From Candidatus Poribacteria bacterium (lineage in GTDB: Bacteria; Poribacteria; WGA-4E; WGA-3G): 64,000 nucleotides of DNA. Made by a program: the position numbers and the translations under genes. The notes under the pieces are model-generated. The model had not been told where the DNA came from, ran no database searches, and saw only the letters and a list, made by a program, of their open reading frames with translations. The stretch spans positions 320,001 to 384,000 of the forward strand of contig CBDANF010000003.1 in assembly GCA_965197475.1 (NCBI GenBank), given 5' to 3'. Shown piece by piece: positions 8,965 through 17,027 of the stretch. Position 1 is the first letter of the stretch. Each line of letters starts with the position of its first letter.

Positions 8965-11076
8965 ATGTACAACATTATCCTTACTTATATCGTCTTGCTT
9001 CTGCTATGTTTTGGTACTTCTATTGGAATCTGTCAATCCCAAAATGTCGGCACAATTCAGGGACAGGTAACAGATAAACAGAACAACCCACTCTCCGATT
9101 ATGTCATATCAGCAATATCACAAACAGACAACATAACTTACGCCGCCAAAACTAATTCTGGAGGGCAGTTTACGCTGACAAACCTTCCTGATGGCACTTG
9201 GGATGTGGAAGTTCGGCATTACAGCACGTTACTTGCACAACGTGAAGTTGCGGTTACCGAGAAAACCGAGGTAAAAGCCGATTTTGTGATTGAAGGCACA
9301 GGAATCATTTCCGGCTTTTTGCTTGATTCTGATAACAAACTTCCGTTGCCGATTACGGGTGAGGTCCAGATTGGTCTCCTCACACATGACGATGGGTGGA
9401 TAGAAAGCACGTACAACGGCACGGTATCCAACGGATATTTTGAAGTCAAAAATCTGTTATCGGGACGCTATCGTATTATTGATGCTTTTGACGGTTATGT
9501 TTTTGCGAAATCCGACTCGTCTACGGTGACGGTCTATCCTGATAGCAATATCGGCGGCATAGAGGTGTTTTTGAAACCGGGGGCATCTCTCTCTGGCAGT
9601 TTCGTTGATGCTGAAAATGGAAACCCTATCTCTGGCGTTACTGTCCGTGCAGCTTCCGAAGTGAAGGATACCGTCTATCCTGACAGAAGCTATGCACACC
9701 AAACAGAGACGGACGCAAAAGGTGAATTCCATCTCACAATACCGAATGATTCCGATACCTATTATGCCTTCACACTGATAGCATTGCATCCCCAGTACCA
9801 AACGCACCGTTGGCGATGGGAGATGTCTCCTGAGAAAAATGTATACGATTTAGGAGAACTTTCACTGAAACCGTTCCTCTCGCTGCAGGGCAGGGTTTCT
9901 GCTTCAAACGCACGTTACACAGTTGACGGACTCAAGGTGCAGTTAAAGATGCACAACAAATCCGCAGACTTCTTTCGTGCCGGGGCACAACCTGAACATA
10001 TAGTGCAAACCGATGCAGAAGGCAATTTCATCTTCTCTGAACTTCATCCGATTGAATACAGTTTGACAATTTCCCGAAATGATGTTATTATTGCATTTTT
10101 AGAGTCGGTCAATCCGCAAAGCAAAAAACCGCTCAAAATCCGCGTGCCAAAAATGCAAACGTTGTACGGCACGGTCGTTGATGCAAAGCAGAATCCTATT
10201 GCAGATGCGAATCTCTATGCAGCACGCCGCAGCGAAAACCGGCACGGACACCGTGCTCTCTTAGCAATGACGCAAACGGATGCAAATGGTGTTTTCCAAA
10301 TGCAGCTGTTAGAGACGAAACCACATCTTCTGTCCGTTGAGGTGTCTAAAAAGGGGTATCTTTCAAGTGTATATTCGAATGTAGATATTGAAAAAGAGCC
10401 GCTGATTGTTCCGCTTCAAAAAGGGTTTGTTGTAAGAGGACGCGTCATTCTACCGCAGGATGTCTCTTCAAACAGATATTATGACGTGAAAGTTTTCCCC
10501 GAAGGTGTCAAAATGGAACCGACGCTGAATCCGCGAACATTGAACAGACCGCTTCTATCAAAACGATTTCCTGTAACAGAAACGACTTTCGTATTGAACG
10601 GTCTCTTTGAGGAAAAGTATAGACTCTATATTGCCGGGGATGGCATCGCTGCAACCGAAATAGACGTGAAAGCATCTGCGAATGGTGAAGAGGTGTTCAT
10701 CGTAGCAGATAGACCAACGGTGGAGTTAAAGGGACAAGTGCTTTGGGCAGAAACAGGCAAACCCGTTGAGAATGCTCTGGTATCGCGTTCATGGTATCCA
10801 TGGGAATTGAGCCAATACGATATGTCGTTGACCTTAGATCGCTTTGAAACGGAGACAGACGCACAGGGTAATTTTGTGTTCTCAAATTTGACACAAGAAC
10901 GTTATCAATTACATATCCGTGCTGTTCAGTCGGTTTTTGAAAAAGAAGCGGGAACATATCAACGTACTCAGATTCAGAAACAGGTCGCAATTCCTATTTG
11001 TAGTGATAATACACATCGTATCTATCTTGGGAAAGTGGATGGAACACCATTTGCCACCGCTTCCACAGAAAATTGA
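8965..11076 (+). CDS. Secreted protein with repeated carboxypeptidase-regulatory-like (transthyretin/CnaB-like) domains
   Basis: Signal peptide. Repeats of G.V.D....P....V ... TDA.G.F....L....Y.L (e.g. GTIQGQVTD, TDAKGEF, TDAEGNF, TDANGVF, TDAQGNF). Confidence 0.8.
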   Translation: MYNIILTYIVLLLLCFGTSIGICQSQNVGTIQGQVTDKQNNPLSDYVISAISQTDNITYAAKTNSGGQFTLTNLPDGTWDVEVRHYSTLLAQREVAVTEKTEVKADFVIEGTGIISGFLLDSDNKLPLPITGEVQIGLLTHDDGWIESTYNGTVSNGYFEVKNLLSGRYRIIDAFDGYVFAKSDSSTVTVYPDSNIGGIEVFLKPGASLSGSFVDAENGNPISGVTVRAASEVKDTVYPDRSYAHQTETDAKGEFHLTIPNDSDTYYAFTLIALHPQYQTHRWRWEMSPEKNVYDLGELSLKPFLSLQGRVSASNARYTVDGLKVQLKMHNKSADFFRAGAQPEHIVQTDAEGNFIFSELHPIEYSLTISRNDVIIAFLESVNPQSKKPLKIRVPKMQTLYGTVVDAKQNPIADANLYAARRSENRHGHRALLAMTQTDANGVFQMQLLETKPHLLSVEVSKKGYLSSVYSNVDIEKEPLIVPLQKGFVVRGRVILPQDVSSNRYYDVKVFPEGVKMEPTLNPRTLNRPLLSKRFPVTETTFVLNGLFEEKYRLYIAGDGIAATEIDVKASANGEEVFIVADRPTVELKGQVLWAETGKPVENALVSRSWYPWELSQYDMSLTLDRFETETDAQGNFVFSNLTQERYQLHIRAVQSVFEKEAGTYQRTQIQKQVAIPICSDNTHRIYLGKVDGTPFATASTEN

Positions 11077-11100
11077 TCTCATATTGTTGAAAAGACTCAA

Positions 11101-11793
11101 ATGAAAAACATAGCACACACTTTGAGATTGTTCATCACGATTTTTGCTTTCCTTGCATTACAAGGCATCGCGAATGCTGTTACGTGGCAAGATGACTTTG
11201 ACCAGGAAACAGAAGACAACTGGCAACTACAAGGAAGCGATTCTGTATGGCGAATTGAAGATGGATATTTAAGAACAGAAATTCAGACAGAGAAGCAGTG
11301 GCGCACTCTATTTGAATTCTACCAATTTATAGCCTTCCCCGGACCTTATGATACTTTTACGATTGCGATTGATACCATCGGCGCATCCGTAGAAGCCCGA
11401 TTTGGTATTGCACTTGGAAAACGTTTCCTAAACGATGCAGGAGAGGTAGAGGAGATAGGTTATTATCTATTTTTGACAAACGATATGCAAGCGTCAAGGG
11501 ATGGCAAAGTGTTTCTTGGTCCCGGCAAACGTTGGCACACAGACGAACTCAATCAGATGGTGTTGCACTTTGATGGTGGTAGATTTCAACTAATCGGTGA
11601 TGACGAAACGCGTATGGATTTTATAGACGCTAACTTACTGAAAATTGATATAATCGGCTTTGTCCTTGTCGGATACGTTACAGATAGGACGAGTACAGAC
11701 AAAGCATGGGTGGATAAAATAACGATTTCGGGGCTTTCGGTATCGCCAAAGCGGAAATTAACGACTATCTGGGGACATCTGAAGCGAGAATAG
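11101..11793 (+). CDS. Secreted hypothetical protein with C-terminal TTW tail (family T, subtype 2)
   Basis: Signal peptide ending ANA; WQDDFD..NW; FIAFPGPY; ends SVSPKRKLTTIWGHLKRE. Confidence 0.85.
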   Translation: MKNIAHTLRLFITIFAFLALQGIANAVTWQDDFDQETEDNWQLQGSDSVWRIEDGYLRTEIQTEKQWRTLFEFYQFIAFPGPYDTFTIAIDTIGASVEARFGIALGKRFLNDAGEVEEIGYYLFLTNDMQASRDGKVFLGPGKRWHTDELNQMVLHFDGGRFQLIGDDETRMDFIDANLLKIDIIGFVLVGYVTDRTSTDKAWVDKITISGLSVSPKRKLTTIWGHLKRE

Positions 11794-11798
11794 ATATA

Positions 11799-12736
11799 GA
11801 GGGTATTGCCTAACTAATGATATTCATGGTTTCCATTCCGCCAAGTTTTAAAATGTCAAACACGTCTCCATTAACACGAAATCGTGCGAACAAGGCAATC
11901 GTTAGGTTCACCATCTCCACACTTTTTGAAACAATAATGGACGGACGTTTGAACCGGCCGAACCAGTGCCGCATCAAGCAATTGTTGCGTTCAATGCGAT
12001 GTGTCTCCGCCTTCGTTTGAACATGTTTTGAAGCAGGTAGGATGGATTCGTCCACCTGCCACTTGTCGGTGTAGGACATTTTGACATTCAAGGCTTTGAG
12101 GCGATGCGTCAGTTTTTCAAGGGTTTCTGTGTTGCGTCCGCCGCATTGCCAATCTATGAGGTATCCTGTGTTCCTGTCAAGTGCTTTCCATATCCAAAGT
12201 TTGTTTTTCTTCTTTCCGATATAATGCCACATTTCATCAAGCTCCAAAACTACGGTGGATCCGGGTGAAAATGTCCGTTTCGGGGCGTGTTTTTTCGCAT
12301 AGGAGCGTCCCCATTTGAGAACAGTTGTTACATGAATGTTGAAGAGTTTTGAGATAGCATTCATTGAAATACCGTGGCAGTCCAAGAGCAGAGCGAGGGT
12401 TTTATGTGTCTGGGGTTTACCTCGTGGTGTTTTGCGTGTGAATTGATAGTGGCAACTTGGACATTTATAGCGTTGTTTTGCGTTGACGAACCCGTTTTTG
12501 ACGAAGTGAATATGTTGACATCTTGGACACGCTTTCATGGTATCCTCCTGTGAGTAGAAATGAGTTGTTTTCAATGAGGATACAGGTTTTAGGCATATAA
12601 GTCAATGAAAATCAGTCTGATTTTTTCATTGACAACTCTCGTTATAAGTGTTATCATTACCGCAACTGAAATATGATGCAGCGCGGTTCAGAGGGTATCC
12701 CGCTAATTCTTGCATCATTATTTAACCAATACCCTC
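11799..12736 (-). mobile_element. IS1-family insertion sequence (938 bp)
   Basis: 23-bp terminal inverted repeats with 3 mismatches (gagggtattgcctaactaatgat / atcattatttaaccaataccctc). 8-bp target duplication TAGATATA at 11791-11798 and 12737-12744. Confidence 0.9.
11810..12538 (-). CDS. IS1-family transposase (single InsAB-type ORF)
   Basis: Zn-ribbon CPRC...KNG...QRYKCPSC, HTH, ELDEMWHYIGKK, YTD, ETHRIERNN catalytic region. AGGAGG RBS before ATG 12538. Confidence 0.92.
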   Translation of the reverse strand: MKACPRCQHIHFVKNGFVNAKQRYKCPSCHYQFTRKTPRGKPQTHKTLALLLDCHGISMNAISKLFNIHVTTVLKWGRSYAKKHAPKRTFSPGSTVVLELDEMWHYIGKKKNKLWIWKALDRNTGYLIDWQCGGRNTETLEKLTHRLKALNVKMSYTDKWQVDESILPASKHVQTKAETHRIERNNCLMRHWFGRFKRPSIIVSKSVEMVNLTIALFARFRVNGDVFDILKLGGMETMNIIS

Positions 12737-12758
12737 TAGATATAAAATAGGGAAAGTA

Positions 12759-13502
12759 ATGTTACGAAAAAATTTAGACCTGATTTTTAATGGATTATTG
12801 CTATTGGCAATTTTAGGCGTTTTGTTCTGGAGCACTTATGCGAAAGCAAAATTGAATCCGCATGAGCGCGCTGACCCCGCAGCATCGGGGGCATATTATA
12901 GGACACCCGGTAAAAACAGAAAGTGGTTCGGATCTGAAATAAACTCCTTAACACTCTGTGAAGGTGTGCATAACCTTTACAACAATAGAGGTTTTTTCGA
13001 CATTATAGAAACCATTGAGAATGCGGTTGTATCCAAGTCAAATATTCAAGGTGCATTACATTGGTACCGGCGACAAAAGTGGGGCTTCGCGAGCGACGAG
13101 ACACCTTGGGGCACAAACGTTTCTTATATAACGCTCCATGACGACCTTGGGTGGAGTGAAATTAATCGGGGAACTGGGACAACAGGCTTCCCTTGGAGTG
13201 GAATTGAACGGCATTGGCGCGACGGTAACATTATCCGATCACAATCCTCTGTGATGGGATGGCGGCAATATGCGCGAGGAAGAGAGCGGTGGATTTGCCC
13301 TATGTATTACAAAGTTGGTGGGTGGAATGACGAAGATCTTGAGGTACACTGTAAAACCCTCAGGACATGGTTTCCACCTGATTGGAATGTCTTAACACAG
13401 AAAGATAGAGATTTCGGCACCCCCGTTGAGAGAAAACCAGGGGTGATAAGTCGAAAAGGGAAACGGACAAACCGTTGGTACGATTGTATAAAGATCAATT
13501 AG
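12759..13502 (+). CDS. Exported or membrane-anchored hypothetical protein with 4 conserved Cys (family A, copy 3)
   Basis: Signal ending AKA; GAYY..PG...WFGSEI, TPWG, TGFPWSG, ICPM, WYDCIKIN align with copies 1 and 2. Confidence 0.85.
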   Translation: MLRKNLDLIFNGLLLLAILGVLFWSTYAKAKLNPHERADPAASGAYYRTPGKNRKWFGSEINSLTLCEGVHNLYNNRGFFDIIETIENAVVSKSNIQGALHWYRRQKWGFASDETPWGTNVSYITLHDDLGWSEINRGTGTTGFPWSGIERHWRDGNIIRSQSSVMGWRQYARGRERWICPMYYKVGGWNDEDLEVHCKTLRTWFPPDWNVLTQKDRDFGTPVERKPGVISRKGKRTNRWYDCIKIN

Positions 13503-13617
13503 CATGAACTCAATCGTTGGCACAGTCAATCTGTTAATTCGTTTGTAGTTGCGCAATTCACGCGCCTCTTATTTGCGGTCAGAAACGCGCAGCTGCATTT
13601 CTAGGCAAAACAGTAAA

Positions 13618-14319
13618 ATGATGAAAACCATGTCCATAATTTTACTAATCATTTTTAGTTTGGTCGGTAGTACCATCTCAACATCTGCGGACATCTGGCA
13701 CGATGATTTTGACACCGAAAATCCAGAAGCATGGAACATCGTAGGAAACAATGATGTATGGAAGGTAGTTGACGGATTTTTGCGCATTGAGGTTAATCGG
13801 GATTGGGCAGTCCAATATGATCTCTACGAATTTATTGCATTCCCCGCTCCCTATCGTGACTTTACTATCAAGATTAAGGATTTTGGTGGAGACAAAATAC
13901 GTCTCGGTTTTTGCGTGGGACGACGTTTTCCTGATACCCCTGAAGAAGATCCATTTTTTTATGTGTTTTTCCCAGATGAAATCAGAGCCGTGCGTTTTGA
14001 TGGCAAAGGAAGTAGGCATCCTTTTCATACTCGATTGTCGCGAGAACCTCGTTTACGCTGGGACACAGATACTCTGACGGAGATGGAGTTACATTTTAAT
14101 TCAGGGATCTTTCTACTGTTCGCTGATGGTGAATTCCGTGCTAAATTCCGAGATGCAAACTTCAATAGGATTGAGATTCTCGGTTTTGTCGTGGAGGGAA
14201 TAAATATCGCAAACCAATGGATTGGCAATGGATGGGTAGATTCGTTCACTATTTCCGGACTAAACGTTTCTCCTGAAGTAAAAGCAACCTCAACTTGGGC
14301 ACAACTTAAGAGGAATTGA
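13618..14319 (+). CDS. Secreted hypothetical protein with C-terminal TTW-like tail (family T, subtype 2)
   Basis: Signal peptide ending TSA; WHDDFD; FIAFPAPY; ends NVSPEVKATSTWAQLKRN. Confidence 0.85.
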   Translation: MMKTMSIILLIIFSLVGSTISTSADIWHDDFDTENPEAWNIVGNNDVWKVVDGFLRIEVNRDWAVQYDLYEFIAFPAPYRDFTIKIKDFGGDKIRLGFCVGRRFPDTPEEDPFFYVFFPDEIRAVRFDGKGSRHPFHTRLSREPRLRWDTDTLTEMELHFNSGIFLLFADGEFRAKFRDANFNRIEILGFVVEGINIANQWIGNGWVDSFTISGLNVSPEVKATSTWAQLKRN

Positions 14320-14825
14320 TGCGTCTTTATCCAAAAAAATCTCAAAGCGATATACAAAACAGGTCTGAGCGCGGATTATCTCAACAAATTATCAAGGAAT
14401 CGCTAATTGTTTGTGTTTGGATCAGTTTTGGAGCCTTAACACTCTGGGGGGCGGAGGTGGCTGGACTTTTCTCTTCCACCTTCCAAATTCAGGGAAGTTC
14501 TACCTTACAAGTTGATTTCCCTGCAGTCTACCAAATTTGGAAACGTGGAGAGGCTGTTTTTGTAGACTCGCGTTCCGCAGCCAACTTCAGGCGGGGGCAT
14601 ATCCCAGATGCCGTAAATGTACCTATCAACCGCGTGCAGCAGGAATTAGATGTACTGCCAACAGACAAAGAAGTGCTTTTGATTACCTATTGCGGAAGCA
14701 TTGAATGTCCAAATGCCTATCAGTTGATGAACGTTCTATTGGGGTACGGTTACCAAAACGTAAAGTTTTTTCCGCGCGGACTGAGAGGTTGGCAGGCATT
14801 AGGACACCTACTGGAAACAGAATGA
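14319..14825 (+). CDS. Membrane-anchored rhodanese-like domain protein
   Basis: TM helix, then FVDSR...F..GHIPDAVNVP, YCGSIEC, GY.NV...GL.GW. Confidence 0.88.
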   Translation: MRLYPKKSQSDIQNRSERGLSQQIIKESLIVCVWISFGALTLWGAEVAGLFSSTFQIQGSSTLQVDFPAVYQIWKRGEAVFVDSRSAANFRRGHIPDAVNVPINRVQQELDVLPTDKEVLLITYCGSIECPNAYQLMNVLLGYGYQNVKFFPRGLRGWQALGHLLETE

Positions 14826-15316
14826 CAATTCCGTCACTGTTGGTGACAACACTCAGAATTATTCTTGGGGCGATTCTTCTGTTCGCCGGGATTGCTAAGC
14901 TTGCGAATTTCAACGCGTTTGTAACCGATGTAGCCGGTTACCAGATATTACCGACGGGATTGGCAAAGCCGATAAGTTATCTATTGGTATCGGAAGAGAT
15001 AACGTTAGGGATAGCGTTGAGCATAGGCTATTTTTCGCGAGGCGCAGGTATATTGGCATCATTTCTCTTTCTGATATTTGCGATTGCATTGGCAAATGTG
15101 TTGTGGCGAGAACTACCCGTAGCGGATTGCGGCTGTGCCAATTTTCTTTTTACTATTCTGGATTTCTTAGGGTTTTCGATTTCAACAACGCCTAATTGGA
15201 AGATGGTTTTCGTAGATATTGGGTTAGGGGTAACATGTTTTGGGATAGCTTGTTCACCGCAACTGGGATATGGTTTGGAATCTTTTATCCCAAGAATGAG
15301 ACGTAATGAAGTTTAA
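14822..15316 (+). CDS. MauE/DoxX-family redox-associated membrane protein
   Basis: R..LG...LFAG.AK, E..LG..L..G and DCGC motif; 4 TM helices; overlaps the rhodanese stop. Confidence 0.85.
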   Translation: MTIPSLLVTTLRIILGAILLFAGIAKLANFNAFVTDVAGYQILPTGLAKPISYLLVSEEITLGIALSIGYFSRGAGILASFLFLIFAIALANVLWRELPVADCGCANFLFTILDFLGFSISTTPNWKMVFVDIGLGVTCFGIACSPQLGYGLESFIPRMRRNEV

Positions 15317-15369
15317 TTTACAATCTCTCCTAAATAATTCTGAAAATATTATAATTTTCAAAATTTAAG

Positions 15370-15397
15370 TTGACAAAAAATTAAATTCGCGTATAAT
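15370..15397 (+). promoter_or_regulatory. Consensus sigma70-type promoter
   Basis: TTGACA (15370-15375), 16 nt, TATAAT (15392-15397). Confidence 0.65.
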
Positions 15398-15450
15398 TTA
15401 CCAAAAGTGGTGAAAAAACTGATAATTTCGCGAATTTTTTGAAAAAAGAT

Positions 15451-15480
15451 TTGACATTTACTGAAACTTACTGTTATAAT
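15451..15480 (+). promoter_or_regulatory. Consensus sigma70-type promoter with extended -10
   Basis: TTGACA (15451-15456), 18 nt, TGn-TATAAT (TATAAT at 15475-15480). Confidence 0.65.
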
Positions 15481-15781
15481 ACCTATATTAAGTCGTATAT
15501 ATAAATATAAATTTAGGCGTGAAAAAGAGAAGCGAGACTTTAAACGTCGCAATCATGTTTTCTGATGAATGATGGAGGTTTTATCAATAGAGTAACCAAC
15601 ATTAATGAATAACCGACATGTAAATACCGCAATCCAGAAAAGATCACATCCAGATACTCGTCATTTAAGCAAGGACAGTGTTTGTGGGTTTGTATTAATT
15701 ACCCCCCCCTCACTTCACATTCGTTAATTTATTCACAGGACAAGGTCTTATTGCAGGATGGACATGCTGCAATATTTTTGT

Positions 15782-15834
15782 GCCCGCACGTACTTCGTCT
15801 TTCACGGAGTGTCACGTCGCGGGCTTTTGTTGTT
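15782..15834 (+). terminator. Putative intrinsic terminator or attenuator hairpin in a long leader
   Basis: gcccgc-acgt-acttcgt pairs with acggagt..acgt..gcgggc and is followed by ttttgttgtt. Confidence 0.45.
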
Positions 15835-16061
15835 ACACATTCGGAATTTCCGATGTTTATTATCCCTGCACTGCAGATGAAACCTATAACTATTGCTTAT
15901 TTTTTGATTTGACAAAATTCAGTGGAAAACGTAGAATTGCATTAACGCTACCCGAACAACCTGTCCGAAGGACGGACACTGAAAACCAAAACGGATAGCA
16001 TTCGCAAATTCACTATTTTCCACTTATCGCCACAGAAAAATGTGGCAAGGAGATAAACAAA

Positions 16062-16919
16062 ATGAAAAGAAGATTTGTTGAATGCGCGCTATTATTAGGC
16101 ATTGTGATGTCTGTTGTCTTTTTAGCACAAACGCAAGATGGATTGGGGCACAGTAAAAATATGCACGATCCTCAATTTGATGTTGATCCGAGTGGCAACG
16201 AAGTTGGGCAAGGTAATGGTAATGATCCGAGGGGCAAAAGTTTTCATTATTCTAACGGCAGTGTTATCGGCTATGTATGGGGTAAAGGTTGGCAGTACCG
16301 AGGAGGACTGTTGAATGGAGCGACCGAAGAACAGACAAATGATCCAAACGATACTGGTCACCCAGAAGACGAAATCCATCAAATGATTTATGTCTTGCAG
16401 ATTAGAGCTGACTGCTGGGCAAGGCCTTCGTCATGTGAGGCAGAAATAAAACCGAGTCTTAAATATGTTGATGCATTGGCTCCAAGAAGACATGTTTTTG
16501 GAGGATGGGGATCAATAAGTCTTAAATTTTCCCATGTGTGTTATCATGAAGTCGTCGGAATCTGGTCTCAGCAGCAGTGTGAGGTAAGGGAGAGAGAGGA
16601 AACACTGTGGAGTGCTGGTCAATCAATTTTCATTAAGGTTACTCTCAATGAATACGCTGAGAAGAGAAGTGGGAGTTTTGGTGCATCACTTAAAGGCGTT
16701 TCTGCTTCATATTCCCACGAGTATCAAGAAAAGTATAATGATCTTCACGCACGTGGATTTGGCATAAAAGCGAAACTCAGGGGCAATCCGTATGACCCTG
16801 TGATTTATAAACAAGATAAGTATGCGGGTGCCTCCGGATATGTTCAGAGCGCAAGAACTGGTGATCTCCTGGCAGCCCGTCCTGGTGTTGACAGTCATGA
16901 ATGTCCAGGTTCACAATGA
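16062..16919 (+). CDS. Secreted Cys-containing hypothetical protein
   Basis: AGGAG RBS, signal peptide, 285-aa ORF, 5 Cys in the predicted mature part. Confidence 0.8.
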   Translation: MKRRFVECALLLGIVMSVVFLAQTQDGLGHSKNMHDPQFDVDPSGNEVGQGNGNDPRGKSFHYSNGSVIGYVWGKGWQYRGGLLNGATEEQTNDPNDTGHPEDEIHQMIYVLQIRADCWARPSSCEAEIKPSLKYVDALAPRRHVFGGWGSISLKFSHVCYHEVVGIWSQQQCEVREREETLWSAGQSIFIKVTLNEYAEKRSGSFGASLKGVSASYSHEYQEKYNDLHARGFGIKAKLRGNPYDPVIYKQDKYAGASGYVQSARTGDLLAARPGVDSHECPGSQ

Positions 16920-17027
16920 GGATTGTAAACGACGATGCATAGATCAGCTGGGCGTTGGGGCGATATTTGGTGATCGCCCCAACAAATCAATAGTAGTTCT
17001 CTAACTACATCAATCGGAGGATGTAAA

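Noticed and set aside
52-14319. Family A / family T as polymorphic toxin-immunity pairs
   Set aside because: Pairing is not one-to-one (3 versus 5), both families have export signals, and no toxin motif was recognised.
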